A program made the position numbers and the translations under genes. The notes beneath the pieces were generated by a model. The model had not been told where the DNA came from, ran no database searches, and worked only from the letters and a program-made list of their open reading frames with translations. DNA of 64,000 nucleotides, from positions 64,095 through 128,094 of the forward strand of contig CAYYTU010000002.1 in NCBI GenBank assembly GCA_964474655.1, read 5' to 3'. Below, one piece after another: positions 19,097 through 27,813 of this stretch (its first letter is position 1; every line of letters begins with the position of its first letter). Source of the stretch: an uncultured Anaerolineales bacterium (GTDB taxonomy: Bacteria > Chloroflexota > Anaerolineae > B4-G1).

Positions 19097-20104
19097 TTAC
19101 TCGGCCGCTCTCACAAACTCGTTGGTGAAAACGTTCAATACGCTCATCGGCGATTCAATCACGTCCTGACTCAGCAGTATATCCTGGGTGACGCGCCACG
19201 TGACCTCGTCCATCCAACCGAGAGGAGCATCTCCCGTATCAATAAAAGGGATCTGAGCCCTCATCGTTGCAGTCTGAATCTCGAGATCCAGCGAATCATC
19301 GTACGCCAGCGTCATATCCGCCGTCTCCTCCGGGTTAGAGATGGCATACTCATACCCCCGGAGCGTGGCCCGTACGACCCGCTCCACCAGCTCCGGCTCC
19401 TCCGCGATCAACGCATTGTTGGTGAAGATAGGGTTGACGTAGACGGGGACGCCGTAATCGCTGTAGAAGATAAGAGAGAGATCGTGACCATCCAGGCGAG
19501 CCTGCACGGGCTCATTGGTGGAAAAGAAACTACTCGCCGCATCCAGGCGACCGGAGGTCAACTCATTGGCGCCGTGATAATCCTCAATCGTCAGGAGCGT
19601 CATATCCTCGGGACTCATCCCCACATTATTCAACATCGCCAGGAATTGCATATCCCAGGTCGTATCCAGCTGCTCGGAGATGACGCCGACCTTCTTGCCT
19701 TCCAGATCCTGAGGGGCCTCAATGCCACTCTCCGCCAGGCTCATCACCACCAATGGGTTATGCCGGAAGATGCTGGCGATGCAGACCACGTCCTTACCTT
19801 CATCCCGCAGGCGAATGATAGTATCACCAGAGGCCAGGCCGAACTGGGCCTCGCCAGACAGCACCTCCTCGGCCACATTCACCTCCGGCCCACCTGGCAC
19901 CAGGGTTACGTCCAGGTTTTCATCGGCATAATAACCGAGCTGATCAGCGACGTAAAAGCCCGCAAACTCCACCGTCGGGAACCAGCTGAGCTGAACGGTG
20001 ACCTCTTCTGGCTCGGGGGTGGGTTTAGAGCCACCACAAGCCGTGAACGTCCCAACCAGAAGGGTCATCAACAAAATTCCAACCGACCAACGTCTCAGTT
20101 TCAT
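19097..20104 (-). CDS. NMT1/THI5-like (SsuA/TauA-type) ABC substrate-binding lipoprotein. Orphan: no permease or ATPase gene nearby.
   Basis: ORF 19097..20164. The true start is probably ATG at 20104 (MKLRRWSVGILLMTLLVGTFTACGG, with a lipobox Cys). The 20-codon tool extension is encoded by repeat copy B. GGGGGAAG lies 8 nt upstream of 20104. Confidence 0.72.
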   Translation of the reverse strand: MKLRRWSVGILLMTLLVGTFTACGGSKPTPEPEEVTVQLSWFPTVEFAGFYVADQLGYYADENLDVTLVPGGPEVNVAEEVLSGEAQFGLASGDTIIRLRDEGKDVVCIASIFRHNPLVVMSLAESGIEAPQDLEGKKVGVISEQLDTTWDMQFLAMLNNVGMSPEDMTLLTIEDYHGANELTSGRLDAASSFFSTNEPVQARLDGHDLSLIFYSDYGVPVYVNPIFTNNALIAEEPELVERVVRATLRGYEYAISNPEETADMTLAYDDSLDLEIQTATMRAQIPFIDTGDAPLGWMDEVTWRVTQDILLSQDVIESPMSVLNVFTNEFVRAAE

Positions 20105-20285
20105 AACACACTTCCCCCAGCCCGGCAATGGGCAAACGAAGCAATTCCAAAGCCTCGTAGACACATCAGATTACCTACAAACGCGTTTACCGAGCGTATC
20201 AACCCCAGCACCATTTACCTTCTTCGCACCTGAGCACACTCTGTGGCATTGAAGGCACTTTCGCAGACGATTCGCTTCGAAAACC
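20105..20285 (-). repeat. Copy B of a ~150-180-bp dispersed leader repeat (parts 1 and 2), in minus orientation immediately upstream of the NMT1-like solute-binding gene.
   Basis: The reverse complement aligns at about 85% identity with 29071..29225. Shared blocks are CGAATCGTCTGCGAA, GCCACAGAGTGTGCTCAG, GAT(A/G)CGCTCGGTAAACGCG and GGTGCTTTGGAA(C/T)TG(C/T)TTCG. Confidence 0.7.
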
Positions 20286-20316
20286 ATCGATTACGCCAGA
20301 ACTTCACGGGCCTGCT

Positions 20317-22068
20317 CTATCCACTCCCATCACTACCGTCCACATCTTCGCCGTCTCCGCGAGGCGCCAGCCGAACGGTGACCGCGGGAAGGTCCATCGC
20401 CTCACGCACCTCCTCGGCGGCGGACTTGAGGACGCTCTCCATATCCAAGGATTCACGCAGTCGAGAGGCAATGTCGCCGACCAGGCGCTCGCGCGCCGCG
20501 CGACGCTGCGATTCGTCCATCAAGCGCAAGTTCTCAATCGTCTGCGCTACTTGCTCAGCCACGGCCTCCGCCATCTCGATCTCCTCCGCCACCCACAGGC
20601 GATGAGGACGCGTATCCCTCAAGGCCATAGTGCCGATCACCTGCCCACGCAGCTTCAAAGGCACGACAAGAGCAGAACACTGAGGTTTGTCCATCGGACT
20701 CTCCGAACGGGCCTCCCCCACAACCACCACGTCGCCCCGTTGTACGACCTGCTCTCGGGCCTGGCGGAGCTCATCGCCAATCTCCAACTCCACGTCCGGC
20801 CGCGTATAATCAACCCGGCCCACCTCCCGATTGGTCAGGAAGCCCTGCCACTCTTCTGCCAAGTAACGCCGATGGATGGCCTCCACCTCTTCCAGCGCCG
20901 CCTCGGTGCGACTAAACAGCTGCGCGTTATCGATGGCAATCGCGACCTGGTCAGCCATCATCTGGAGGGTCTCAACGTCGTCCTCGCTAAAAGCAGCCTC
21001 CTGAGTACTCTGGACGCTCAAAGCGCCCAAAACTTCCCCCCGTGAGCGCAAGGGTAACGCAATTTCCGAATGCGTATGCTCCAGAAGCGGCGGAGCAAAC
21101 CGCGCTGTCTCGTCAACTTTCGGCGTCACTTGAGCCTCACGACGGATGATGGCTTGTCCCACTGTGGTCGTCCCGTCCAGCTGCAATTGATAGTTCATCT
21201 CCTGTAATTCCCGACCGGCCCGGCCGGTCGCCGCCGCTAACGTGACCCCGCTCTGCGCCTCGTCGAGCAAGAAGCAGCCCACGTAATAAACGCCCATCGA
21301 GCTAAACCCCGATTGAACGCGATGAACTACCTCGTCCAACAGACGGTCCGGATCCAGGATGGAAGAGCTGGCCTGAGTGACGCTGAGCGACGAGGCCAGC
21401 TGCTTTGCGCGATGGTGTAACTCGCGCGTGGTCTTTTCCAGATCTGCGGTACGATCTTGAAGGTCCTCCTTCACCTCACGAGCATCGGCCAGCGCTTGCC
21501 CCCACCACCGACTCAGCGTCTGTGTGCTTAGCAACAACGCCAGCACCACGATCAAAAAATCGCCCCCCTCGCCAACCCAGTAACCCAACGTGGTCGAATC
21601 GGAGACATGTAAAGGGACTTTCCCCCAGGCAACAAACAGGGTATTGGTCGCATAAATCACAAGACTTAACCCGGTAAAAGCTGTCCCCAATCTCCGTCCC
21701 AACAAGATGAAGGTCACTGTGGGAAGCAAAACTAACCAGAGCCGCCCGCTGCCCGCCATACCACTGCGGGTGAGGATGAAGGCGCTCATCGTGTAGCCTG
21801 CTATCAAGAACATCAAAGCCCGTGTGCGGTAGTATAAACTCCGCCAGACTAAGGCCACTAAGGCAAGAGCCCAGGCTACAAAGAAAGGCACCATAAAGGC
21901 CAGACGCGCCGATCTTTCAAGACCACCCAGAAAACCAGATCCGATGAAGAAGAGATAAGCCAGCAGAGCGCCCCCGCCGACAACGCCGAGCCACAACAAG
22001 CTGTTCAAGAGCTCGACCCGTCGCTGCTGAACGTCACTCCCCCACTGAGAAATACCTTGTGTGCTCAT
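20317..22068 (-). CDS. Polytopic membrane protein (about 8 TM helices) with GAF, half-GAF and conserved tail. No output domain.
   Basis: 583-aa ORF. GAF signature ALPLRSRGEVLGALSVQSTQEAAFSEDD. Tail is QRRAARERLVGDIASRLRESLDMESVLKSAAEEVREAMDLPAVTVRL followed by GDGEDVDGSDGSG. Confidence 0.75.
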   Translation of the reverse strand: MSTQGISQWGSDVQQRRVELLNSLLWLGVVGGGALLAYLFFIGSGFLGGLERSARLAFMVPFFVAWALALVALVWRSLYYRTRALMFLIAGYTMSAFILTRSGMAGSGRLWLVLLPTVTFILLGRRLGTAFTGLSLVIYATNTLFVAWGKVPLHVSDSTTLGYWVGEGGDFLIVVLALLLSTQTLSRWWGQALADAREVKEDLQDRTADLEKTTRELHHRAKQLASSLSVTQASSSILDPDRLLDEVVHRVQSGFSSMGVYYVGCFLLDEAQSGVTLAAATGRAGRELQEMNYQLQLDGTTTVGQAIIRREAQVTPKVDETARFAPPLLEHTHSEIALPLRSRGEVLGALSVQSTQEAAFSEDDVETLQMMADQVAIAIDNAQLFSRTEAALEEVEAIHRRYLAEEWQGFLTNREVGRVDYTRPDVELEIGDELRQAREQVVQRGDVVVVGEARSESPMDKPQCSALVVPLKLRGQVIGTMALRDTRPHRLWVAEEIEMAEAVAEQVAQTIENLRLMDESQRRAARERLVGDIASRLRESLDMESVLKSAAEEVREAMDLPAVTVRLAPRGDGEDVDGSDGSG

Positions 22069-22158
22069 CCCTTCACCCTCACTTCTTAACCCACAATATC
22101 TTCTTCAATTATCACACAACTCCAAACAGGCCTCCCAACCAGAAACCGAGGCCATAGC

Positions 22159-24159
22159 CTAACGCAACCTCGCATCCACCCTCTCGCTCCTGCCTGCTGC
22201 CGAACCGCCATCACCCTCCAGGTTCAATTCAATCGAGACCTGGGGCACCTTCATCACCCGCGAAAGCTCCTCGGCGGTCGTGTGGAGCGTCCGTTCTATC
22301 GTAGCGGAGCGGCGGATACGATCCACCACCCGCCGCGTCTGCTGCTCCCTTTCCGCACGCCGCCGGGCGTCCTCCAACAGACGCGCCCGTTCCAAAGCCA
22401 CCGAGGCTTGATCGCTGAGAGCCTCATATAGGCGTAACGCTGATTCGGAGAAGGGGCCAGCGGCGTCTCGCAGGACGACCACTTGCCCAATCACGCGCCC
22501 GTGGGTACGGAGCGGGATGTTGACCAGGGCTCGGACGCCGGTGGTCTCGAAGACCTGCTTGGCGCTGTTGGGCAGCCGATCATCATCCTGCACGTCGGAG
22601 ACGGCCCAGAAGCTGCTGACCAGATCAAGGGGAAAAGGGCTTTCTGAGATCGGGAGCCGCACGCCGGGCTGGAACTGGGGCGTGCGATCTCGCCGCCAGA
22701 CGTCCAGATAGAGCAAGGCCTCCGGCGATCCATCCGGTGAAAGCTCGAAAGCGACCACCAGACAGCCATCGGCCCCCGTATCAACCACGGAGGAGACCAC
22801 GGCGTCGGCCACCTCGGAGGGCGTCGTCGCCGTGGTCAGTCGACGGCTGACCTTGTACATCGGCCGCGTCGCCTCCAGCAAGGAGATGCGGCTGGAGATG
22901 CGCCGGGCGTTCTGGATGGCGACTGCGATCTGGTCCGCCAGGCTCTGCAACACCTGGACGTCGGTGGCGTCGAAGGCCGCCACCTGATCGGACTGCACGT
23001 CGAGAACGCCCAACATCTGATCTCCGACGCTCAACGGAAGGGTCACCTCAGAGGCAACATCGGGCAAGAGGGGATGGGGATGATGGATCGCATCCTCCTC
23101 CACGTTGCGCGCGATCCGCACTCGATGGTGGAGGGCGGTCCATCCCACCATACTCGTCTCTGCTACCGGCAAACGGAGCCCTTCGGTCATCAGCTTGGGA
23201 CCGCTCGCCCCGGCGGCGGCCTTCAAATCGACCTGTTCCCCACTCTCATCCAGCAGGAAAATGCTCGCGAAGTAGACATCCAGACGCTCGCATATCAAAT
23301 CCACCGTCTTATGCACCAGATGGTCGGCGTCAAAGATCGACGTAATCGCTTGCCCTACCTCAAAGCTGGCCTCCATCTGCGTCACACGACGACGCAGCAT
23401 ATGCGTGCGCTCCTCCAACCGGGCTTGATGGGCTTCCAAATCCTGCGCCAGCTTCTGGCTGCGGGCCAGCGCGTTCGCCATCCGGGGCACCAGGTAATTC
23501 TGCAACAGCAACAACAACGCGCCCACCAGAAGGAAAAGCAGACTGGTCATCACCCAGGAGGCAGCGTCGCCGGTCTCGCCCGGCGGCGGGACGACCATCC
23601 CCGTTGAATAGGCCCACCCAAATCCCACCAGCGTAAGAAGGGAAAGTCCAAAAGCGATCAGTCCACTTCGATGGTCAAAGAAGAAGGGCGCCACCAGGGA
23701 AAATGCCAGTAAAAAAAGAACACCCCCGCCGCTGCGACCAGCAGTGGATAAGGCCACAACGCCCAACCCATAGAGCACCGTCAACAACGTCCAGACTCGA
23801 ACGTCATAGGAAACGCGAGACCAGAACGTAATCACAGCCAGCCCCGCATATGTGAGCACGTAAACTGGAATCAGCCACAGCCGATCGGAGCGGTAAGCGT
23901 TATAGGTCCCAATGACTACGACCAGACCACTGATCAACAGTAAAATCCGCAGCGCACCGTAGATCAGCCACTCCCGCCACTCTTTCATATCCCCTTCGAC
24001 GCGCTTTCCCATCGCGGATAATAACCCGGCATCCAGGCCCGGCGAAGGCTCCTCTACCTCTGACGGCGGTCCTTCCAGATCCTCCTCGCTTTCTGGCTCC
24101 AGAGGGGGGAAATCGGAGAAAAGCGCCTCCATTGAGTTTTTCAGTCGATCGTCATCCAT
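22159..24159 (-). CDS. Polytopic membrane protein with an acidic N-terminal peptide (MDDDRLKNSMEALFSDFPPLEPE), GAF, GAF-like module and conserved tail. No output domain.
   Basis: 666-aa ORF with GGGAG 11 nt upstream of the ATG. GAF signature LPLSVGDQMLGVLDVQSDQVAAFDATD. Tail is ARRRAEREQQTRRVVDRIRRSATIERTLHTTAEELSRVMKVPQVSIEL. Confidence 0.75.
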   Translation of the reverse strand: MDDDRLKNSMEALFSDFPPLEPESEEDLEGPPSEVEEPSPGLDAGLLSAMGKRVEGDMKEWREWLIYGALRILLLISGLVVVIGTYNAYRSDRLWLIPVYVLTYAGLAVITFWSRVSYDVRVWTLLTVLYGLGVVALSTAGRSGGGVLFLLAFSLVAPFFFDHRSGLIAFGLSLLTLVGFGWAYSTGMVVPPPGETGDAASWVMTSLLFLLVGALLLLLQNYLVPRMANALARSQKLAQDLEAHQARLEERTHMLRRRVTQMEASFEVGQAITSIFDADHLVHKTVDLICERLDVYFASIFLLDESGEQVDLKAAAGASGPKLMTEGLRLPVAETSMVGWTALHHRVRIARNVEEDAIHHPHPLLPDVASEVTLPLSVGDQMLGVLDVQSDQVAAFDATDVQVLQSLADQIAVAIQNARRISSRISLLEATRPMYKVSRRLTTATTPSEVADAVVSSVVDTGADGCLVVAFELSPDGSPEALLYLDVWRRDRTPQFQPGVRLPISESPFPLDLVSSFWAVSDVQDDDRLPNSAKQVFETTGVRALVNIPLRTHGRVIGQVVVLRDAAGPFSESALRLYEALSDQASVALERARLLEDARRRAEREQQTRRVVDRIRRSATIERTLHTTAEELSRVMKVPQVSIELNLEGDGGSAAGRSERVDARLR

Positions 24160-24196
24160 AAGCCCAAGCTCCCAGCCTCAAAACCGTCCCGTGTCT

Positions 24197-24475
24197 CTAT
24201 CGGCGCAATTTGCCGTTTCCCGAATCGGATTGATCGTCATCCCCTCCCCGGGAAGCGAGGGTCTGCCAACCCTGGCGCCACACGCCGCCACTCTCGGCCG
24301 ATTTCTCAGCAGTATGTTCGCGCCCTTTTTCCTCGTCATCGCCGCCAGAGGCACCATGCTCAACCGATCCATCCTCACCATCCCGTGACGAAGCTTCACG
24401 CTCTACCTCCGGCTCCGGAGGGGCGAAGTCAGAAAATAATTGCTCAAGCGAGCGTTTCAGATCGTCCTTAGTCAT
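24197..24475 (-). CDS. Small acidic protein (92 aa). Its N-terminal 23 aa duplicate the N-terminal peptide of the downstream GAF protein.
   Basis: The ATG at 24475 overlaps the parA stop (ATGA). MTKDDLKRSLEQLFSDFAPPEPE aligns with MDDDRLKNSMEALFSDFPPLEPE at 22159..24159. The rest is low-complexity Asp/Glu/Gly/Ser. Confidence 0.4.
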   Translation of the reverse strand: MTKDDLKRSLEQLFSDFAPPEPEVEREASSRDGEDGSVEHGASGGDDEEKGREHTAEKSAESGGVWRQGWQTLASRGGDDDQSDSGNGKLRR

Positions 24476-25332
24476 AATTCAGCCTCGTTAATGCGTCGCC
24501 GGGCGGCCTCGGAAGCTTGCGAAGGGACCTCGGACATCGCAACGTCCCCACCCTCCTCGTCGGCAGGAGACGCGAATTTAGCGATCAATTCGCTGGCGAC
24601 GGCCCGGTACTGCCCCGCGGACCGCGTCTTGGGGGCATACTCGGTAACCGGCAGCCCATAGGCCGGTCCCTCTCGCAGACGGGTGTCCACCTGTATCATC
24701 GTCTCGAACATCGCATCCCCAAAGTGCTTACGGAGGTATTCCAGCACCATCGGGTGAACCTTATTCCGCATATCGTACATCGTCACCAACAGCCGATAGG
24801 CCAGCTGAGGGTTCGTCTTCCGGCGCACCAGCCGCGTCATATCAAGCATCTGGCGGAGCGACTGGATCGCGTAATACTCACACTGGACCGGGATGATGAG
24901 CAGATCGGCCGCCGTCAGCGCATTGACCATCAGGGTACCGAAAGTGGGCGGCGAATCCACCACCACAAAATTGTAAAGCTGATGTCGCGTCTGCGCCAGA
25001 CTTTTCCTCAGCCGATATTCGTAGCCGGGACGCTCATAAAGCACCTTATCCAACACCACTAGCTCCTGATTGGCCGGCGCCAAGTCCAACCCATAGACCT
25101 CGGTCTCGCGCGTGATGGAGGCCAAAGAGTCTTGCCCCACCACCGCATCAGCCACTGTGCCATGTATCGATTCGGGGTCAAAGCCCAAGGAGCCAGTCAA
25201 GTGAGCCTGGGGATCGAGATCCACCATCGTGACCAGCTGCTCTTGCTCCGCCAATGCTCCTCCCAGCGACAGACAAGTGGTCGTTTTAGCCACGCCGCCT
25301 TTGCTGTTTGCAACGGCGATCACGGTCGTCAT
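24472..25332 (-). CDS. ParA/MinD-family P-loop ATPase.
   Basis: Deviant Walker A motif VANSKGGVAKTT. Walker B motif is VVVDSPP. The length of 286 aa is typical. The start overlaps the kinase gene stop by 4 nt. Confidence 0.85.
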   Translation of the reverse strand: MTTVIAVANSKGGVAKTTTCLSLGGALAEQEQLVTMVDLDPQAHLTGSLGFDPESIHGTVADAVVGQDSLASITRETEVYGLDLAPANQELVVLDKVLYERPGYEYRLRKSLAQTRHQLYNFVVVDSPPTFGTLMVNALTAADLLIIPVQCEYYAIQSLRQMLDMTRLVRRKTNPQLAYRLLVTMYDMRNKVHPMVLEYLRKHFGDAMFETMIQVDTRLREGPAYGLPVTEYAPKTRSAGQYRAVASELIAKFASPADEEGGDVAMSEVPSQASEAARRRINEAEL

Positions 25333-27788
25333 CGTTCCTCCTCGCCTACACGGGCACCATCCAAGGCCTCACCTCGCTCAGAACGAGTTTCCACCGGCAA
25401 ACTAAACGTAAAAGTCGATCCTACTCCAACCTCGCTCTCAACCCAGATTTTGCCCCCGTGCATAGCCACAAACTCCTTGCTCAAGGCCAGCCCCAACCCA
25501 GCGCCATCAGGGCGCCGACCATCCCCCAGCTGCCCCTGCTCAAACCGCTCAAAGATGCGCTCCTGATCCTCCAGCGGGATGCCACGCCCGGTATCGCTGA
25601 CGCTGACCAATACCCGTCCATCCTCTGACCAGGCCCGCACGGTGATACTCCCCTGATCGGTGAAGTTGGCCGCGTTCGTCAGCAACTTCAACAAGACCTG
25701 GCGGATCCGCGTTACATCCGCCTGCACGATGGGCAGGTCGGGCTCTATCTCCTGGAGCAGATCGATCTCCTTATCGCGCACCAGAGCGCTGGCGGTCGAC
25801 ATCACGCTGTTGATCATCTCAGATAGATCGAGGTCCTGAAAGTGGAGCTCCATCAGCCCCGCTTCAATCTGGGAGATGTCCAACAAATCGTTGATCAAGC
25901 CCAGGAGGTGCTGGCTGTTGGCGTGGATGATCTTGACGTCCTTCCGCTGCTGATCGTTTAGATCGCCGTCCAGCCCTTTCAGCATCAGGCGAGAGAACCC
26001 GATGATGTTCGTCAGCGGCTCGCGCAACTCGTGGCTCATATGGCCCAGGAAGCGGGATCGGAAGCGTTCCGCCTCGCGCAGACGTCGGGCCGTCTCTTTC
26101 TCCTTCCGGTAGATGCGAGCGTTCTCCAAGGCGATGGTAATCTGATTGGCCACGTTGCGCAGGACAGAGATGGCATCCTCGTCCATCTCCTCCGACTCGG
26201 TGTCCAGGATGTCGAGCACGCCGACGGTCTCATCGCCCAGCTTGAGCGGCAGCGCCGCCTCCACCTGGATATAGGGAGAGCCGAACAAGCCATCGGCCCG
26301 ATCGGAGCCCCAGCGAACGATGCGCGGCTCACCCTTCAGCCCCGCCTCGCCCACTGCTGAACCCTCTCCAAGCGGGACCGGCGCCGCTTTGAGCTCTTTC
26401 ACCCTCTCCCCTCCGCCGGTTCCCTCGCGGAGAAAAGCCTGTTCCCCACTTTCATCCAGCAAGTAAACTCCCACGTAACAATAATCGAACCGATCGTGGA
26501 TCAAGCGCACCACCTCGTGCAAGAGTTTGCTCGGCTCCAGGATCGAGGTCGCCGCCTGGCTGACCTCGACCGTAGCGGCCAGTTGAATGGCGCGACGCTG
26601 AATCTGGTAGTTAGCCCGCTGCAACATCTCCGTACGCTGAGCCACCTTGGCCTCCAGATCGTCGTAGAGGCTTTTCAGATCCGCCGTCATCTTGTTAAAG
26701 ACGTAAGTCAGGATGCCAATTTCATCGCGCGAGGTGACGGGCACCTGCTGATCCAGCTCGCCCTCCGCCACGCTGAGCGCCGACTCCGTCAACCGCACGA
26801 CCGGACGCGTGATCTGCCGCGTCACCACCGCAGCGACGACGGCCGTCCCCAGGGCCACCAAGAGCGTGGCCCCGATGATGGCAGCAGCGACGTTGTCCGC
26901 CGGAGCAAAGGCGGTCTCCTGCTTCTGCTCGGCCACCAACGCCAGCTCCAACGCCGGCATCCATTGATAGACGCCAATGACCGGGTCGCCGGCGTAATCA
27001 TCATACAAGCCCGCCACCCGCTCGCCATCCAGCGCGGCCTCAATGCCCTCGCTGCTCACGACCTCCCCTTGCGGCAGCGCTATGCCATCCTCATCCACCA
27101 GATAGACCCGGCTATCTGATCCCAGCGCTTGGGCCGTACCTAGCTCCTGGGCCAGGTCATCCAGATCAAGCCACCCGACCAGGACGCCTTCGTCCACACC
27201 ATCTGGACCACCAATCTCCTTTGCGACCACAGCCCCTACCGACGCCTCCGGCTCCAGCGTGATCATCCGAAAGATGGTCGTCTCGTCAGGCGTCAACGCC
27301 GGGATAGACGTCTCAACCTCACCCTCCAGCGACGGGTCCGTGGCTACCAAGGTTCGCCCCTGGTCATCAAGGAGAGCCACGCACCGAAAGGCCGTATCTT
27401 GGTCTAGCAACGCGCTCAGGTGTTGGCGCAAGCTGTCGCGAGCGCGCGCTTCGTCGCCTTCTGAACCAGCCTCCGCGGGCGCGTTAGCTTCCAGCAGAGT
27501 CGAGGCTTGCTGCCGCACGCCCGGCACCGCTGCCAGAAGCGCCAGGTGCTCAAGATGGCCTTCGCCCCAACACTGGATCTGAGACTCAGTCAGCACGGCC
27601 ACAGAGGAAAGTTTGGCGATAACTTCACGGCGGAGGTCACGTCGTTCGCGTCGAGTGGCGTACCAACTGATCGCACTGAGAGGCACAATCGCCAGGAGCA
27701 AGAAGGCCGTCAGCAACGTCCGGCCCAGCCCCCCGCGCATCCCCGTGGTAGGTACGCGAGGCCCTTTTGTCGACTCCGGCGTTGCCAT
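25329..27788 (-). CDS. Sensor histidine kinase: 2 TM helices, periplasmic Cache-like domain, HAMP, GAF, HisKA and HATPase_c. It is the only kinase in the cluster.
   Basis: H-box is HMSHELREPLTNIIGF. ATPase motifs are DTGRGIP and GAGLGLALSKEFV. GAF signature is ALPLKLGDETVGVLDILDTE. The Cache block is shared with the gene at 16148..19060. Confidence 0.85.
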   Translation of the reverse strand: MATPESTKGPRVPTTGMRGGLGRTLLTAFLLLAIVPLSAISWYATRRERRDLRREVIAKLSSVAVLTESQIQCWGEGHLEHLALLAAVPGVRQQASTLLEANAPAEAGSEGDEARARDSLRQHLSALLDQDTAFRCVALLDDQGRTLVATDPSLEGEVETSIPALTPDETTIFRMITLEPEASVGAVVAKEIGGPDGVDEGVLVGWLDLDDLAQELGTAQALGSDSRVYLVDEDGIALPQGEVVSSEGIEAALDGERVAGLYDDYAGDPVIGVYQWMPALELALVAEQKQETAFAPADNVAAAIIGATLLVALGTAVVAAVVTRQITRPVVRLTESALSVAEGELDQQVPVTSRDEIGILTYVFNKMTADLKSLYDDLEAKVAQRTEMLQRANYQIQRRAIQLAATVEVSQAATSILEPSKLLHEVVRLIHDRFDYCYVGVYLLDESGEQAFLREGTGGGERVKELKAAPVPLGEGSAVGEAGLKGEPRIVRWGSDRADGLFGSPYIQVEAALPLKLGDETVGVLDILDTESEEMDEDAISVLRNVANQITIALENARIYRKEKETARRLREAERFRSRFLGHMSHELREPLTNIIGFSRLMLKGLDGDLNDQQRKDVKIIHANSQHLLGLINDLLDISQIEAGLMELHFQDLDLSEMINSVMSTASALVRDKEIDLLQEIEPDLPIVQADVTRIRQVLLKLLTNAANFTDQGSITVRAWSEDGRVLVSVSDTGRGIPLEDQERIFERFEQGQLGDGRRPDGAGLGLALSKEFVAMHGGKIWVESEVGVGSTFTFSLPVETRSERGEALDGARVGEEER

Positions 27789-27813
27789 ATCCCCTCAATT
27801 CACCGGCCCACAG

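Noticed and set aside
394-24159. Bilin-binding phytochrome or cyanobacteriochrome-type photoreceptors, considered because of the many GAF domains next to a tetrapyrrole cluster.
   Set aside because: The GAF domains lack the conserved chromophore-binding Cys-His signature (no Cys in the LDVGD..FDNP..PETRSE..LPL..RGE.IG.LDVQS core). No PHY domain or haem oxygenase / bilin reductase genes are present. The tetrapyrrole cluster makes haem and B12, not bilins.
24197-24475. Treating the 92-aa ORF after parA simply as noise.
   Set aside because: It was not fully rejected. It has an ATGA overlap with parA and a specific 23-aa match to the next gene's N-terminus, so it is kept as a low-confidence CDS. 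Its low-complexity remainder means it could still be a non-functional duplication remnant.
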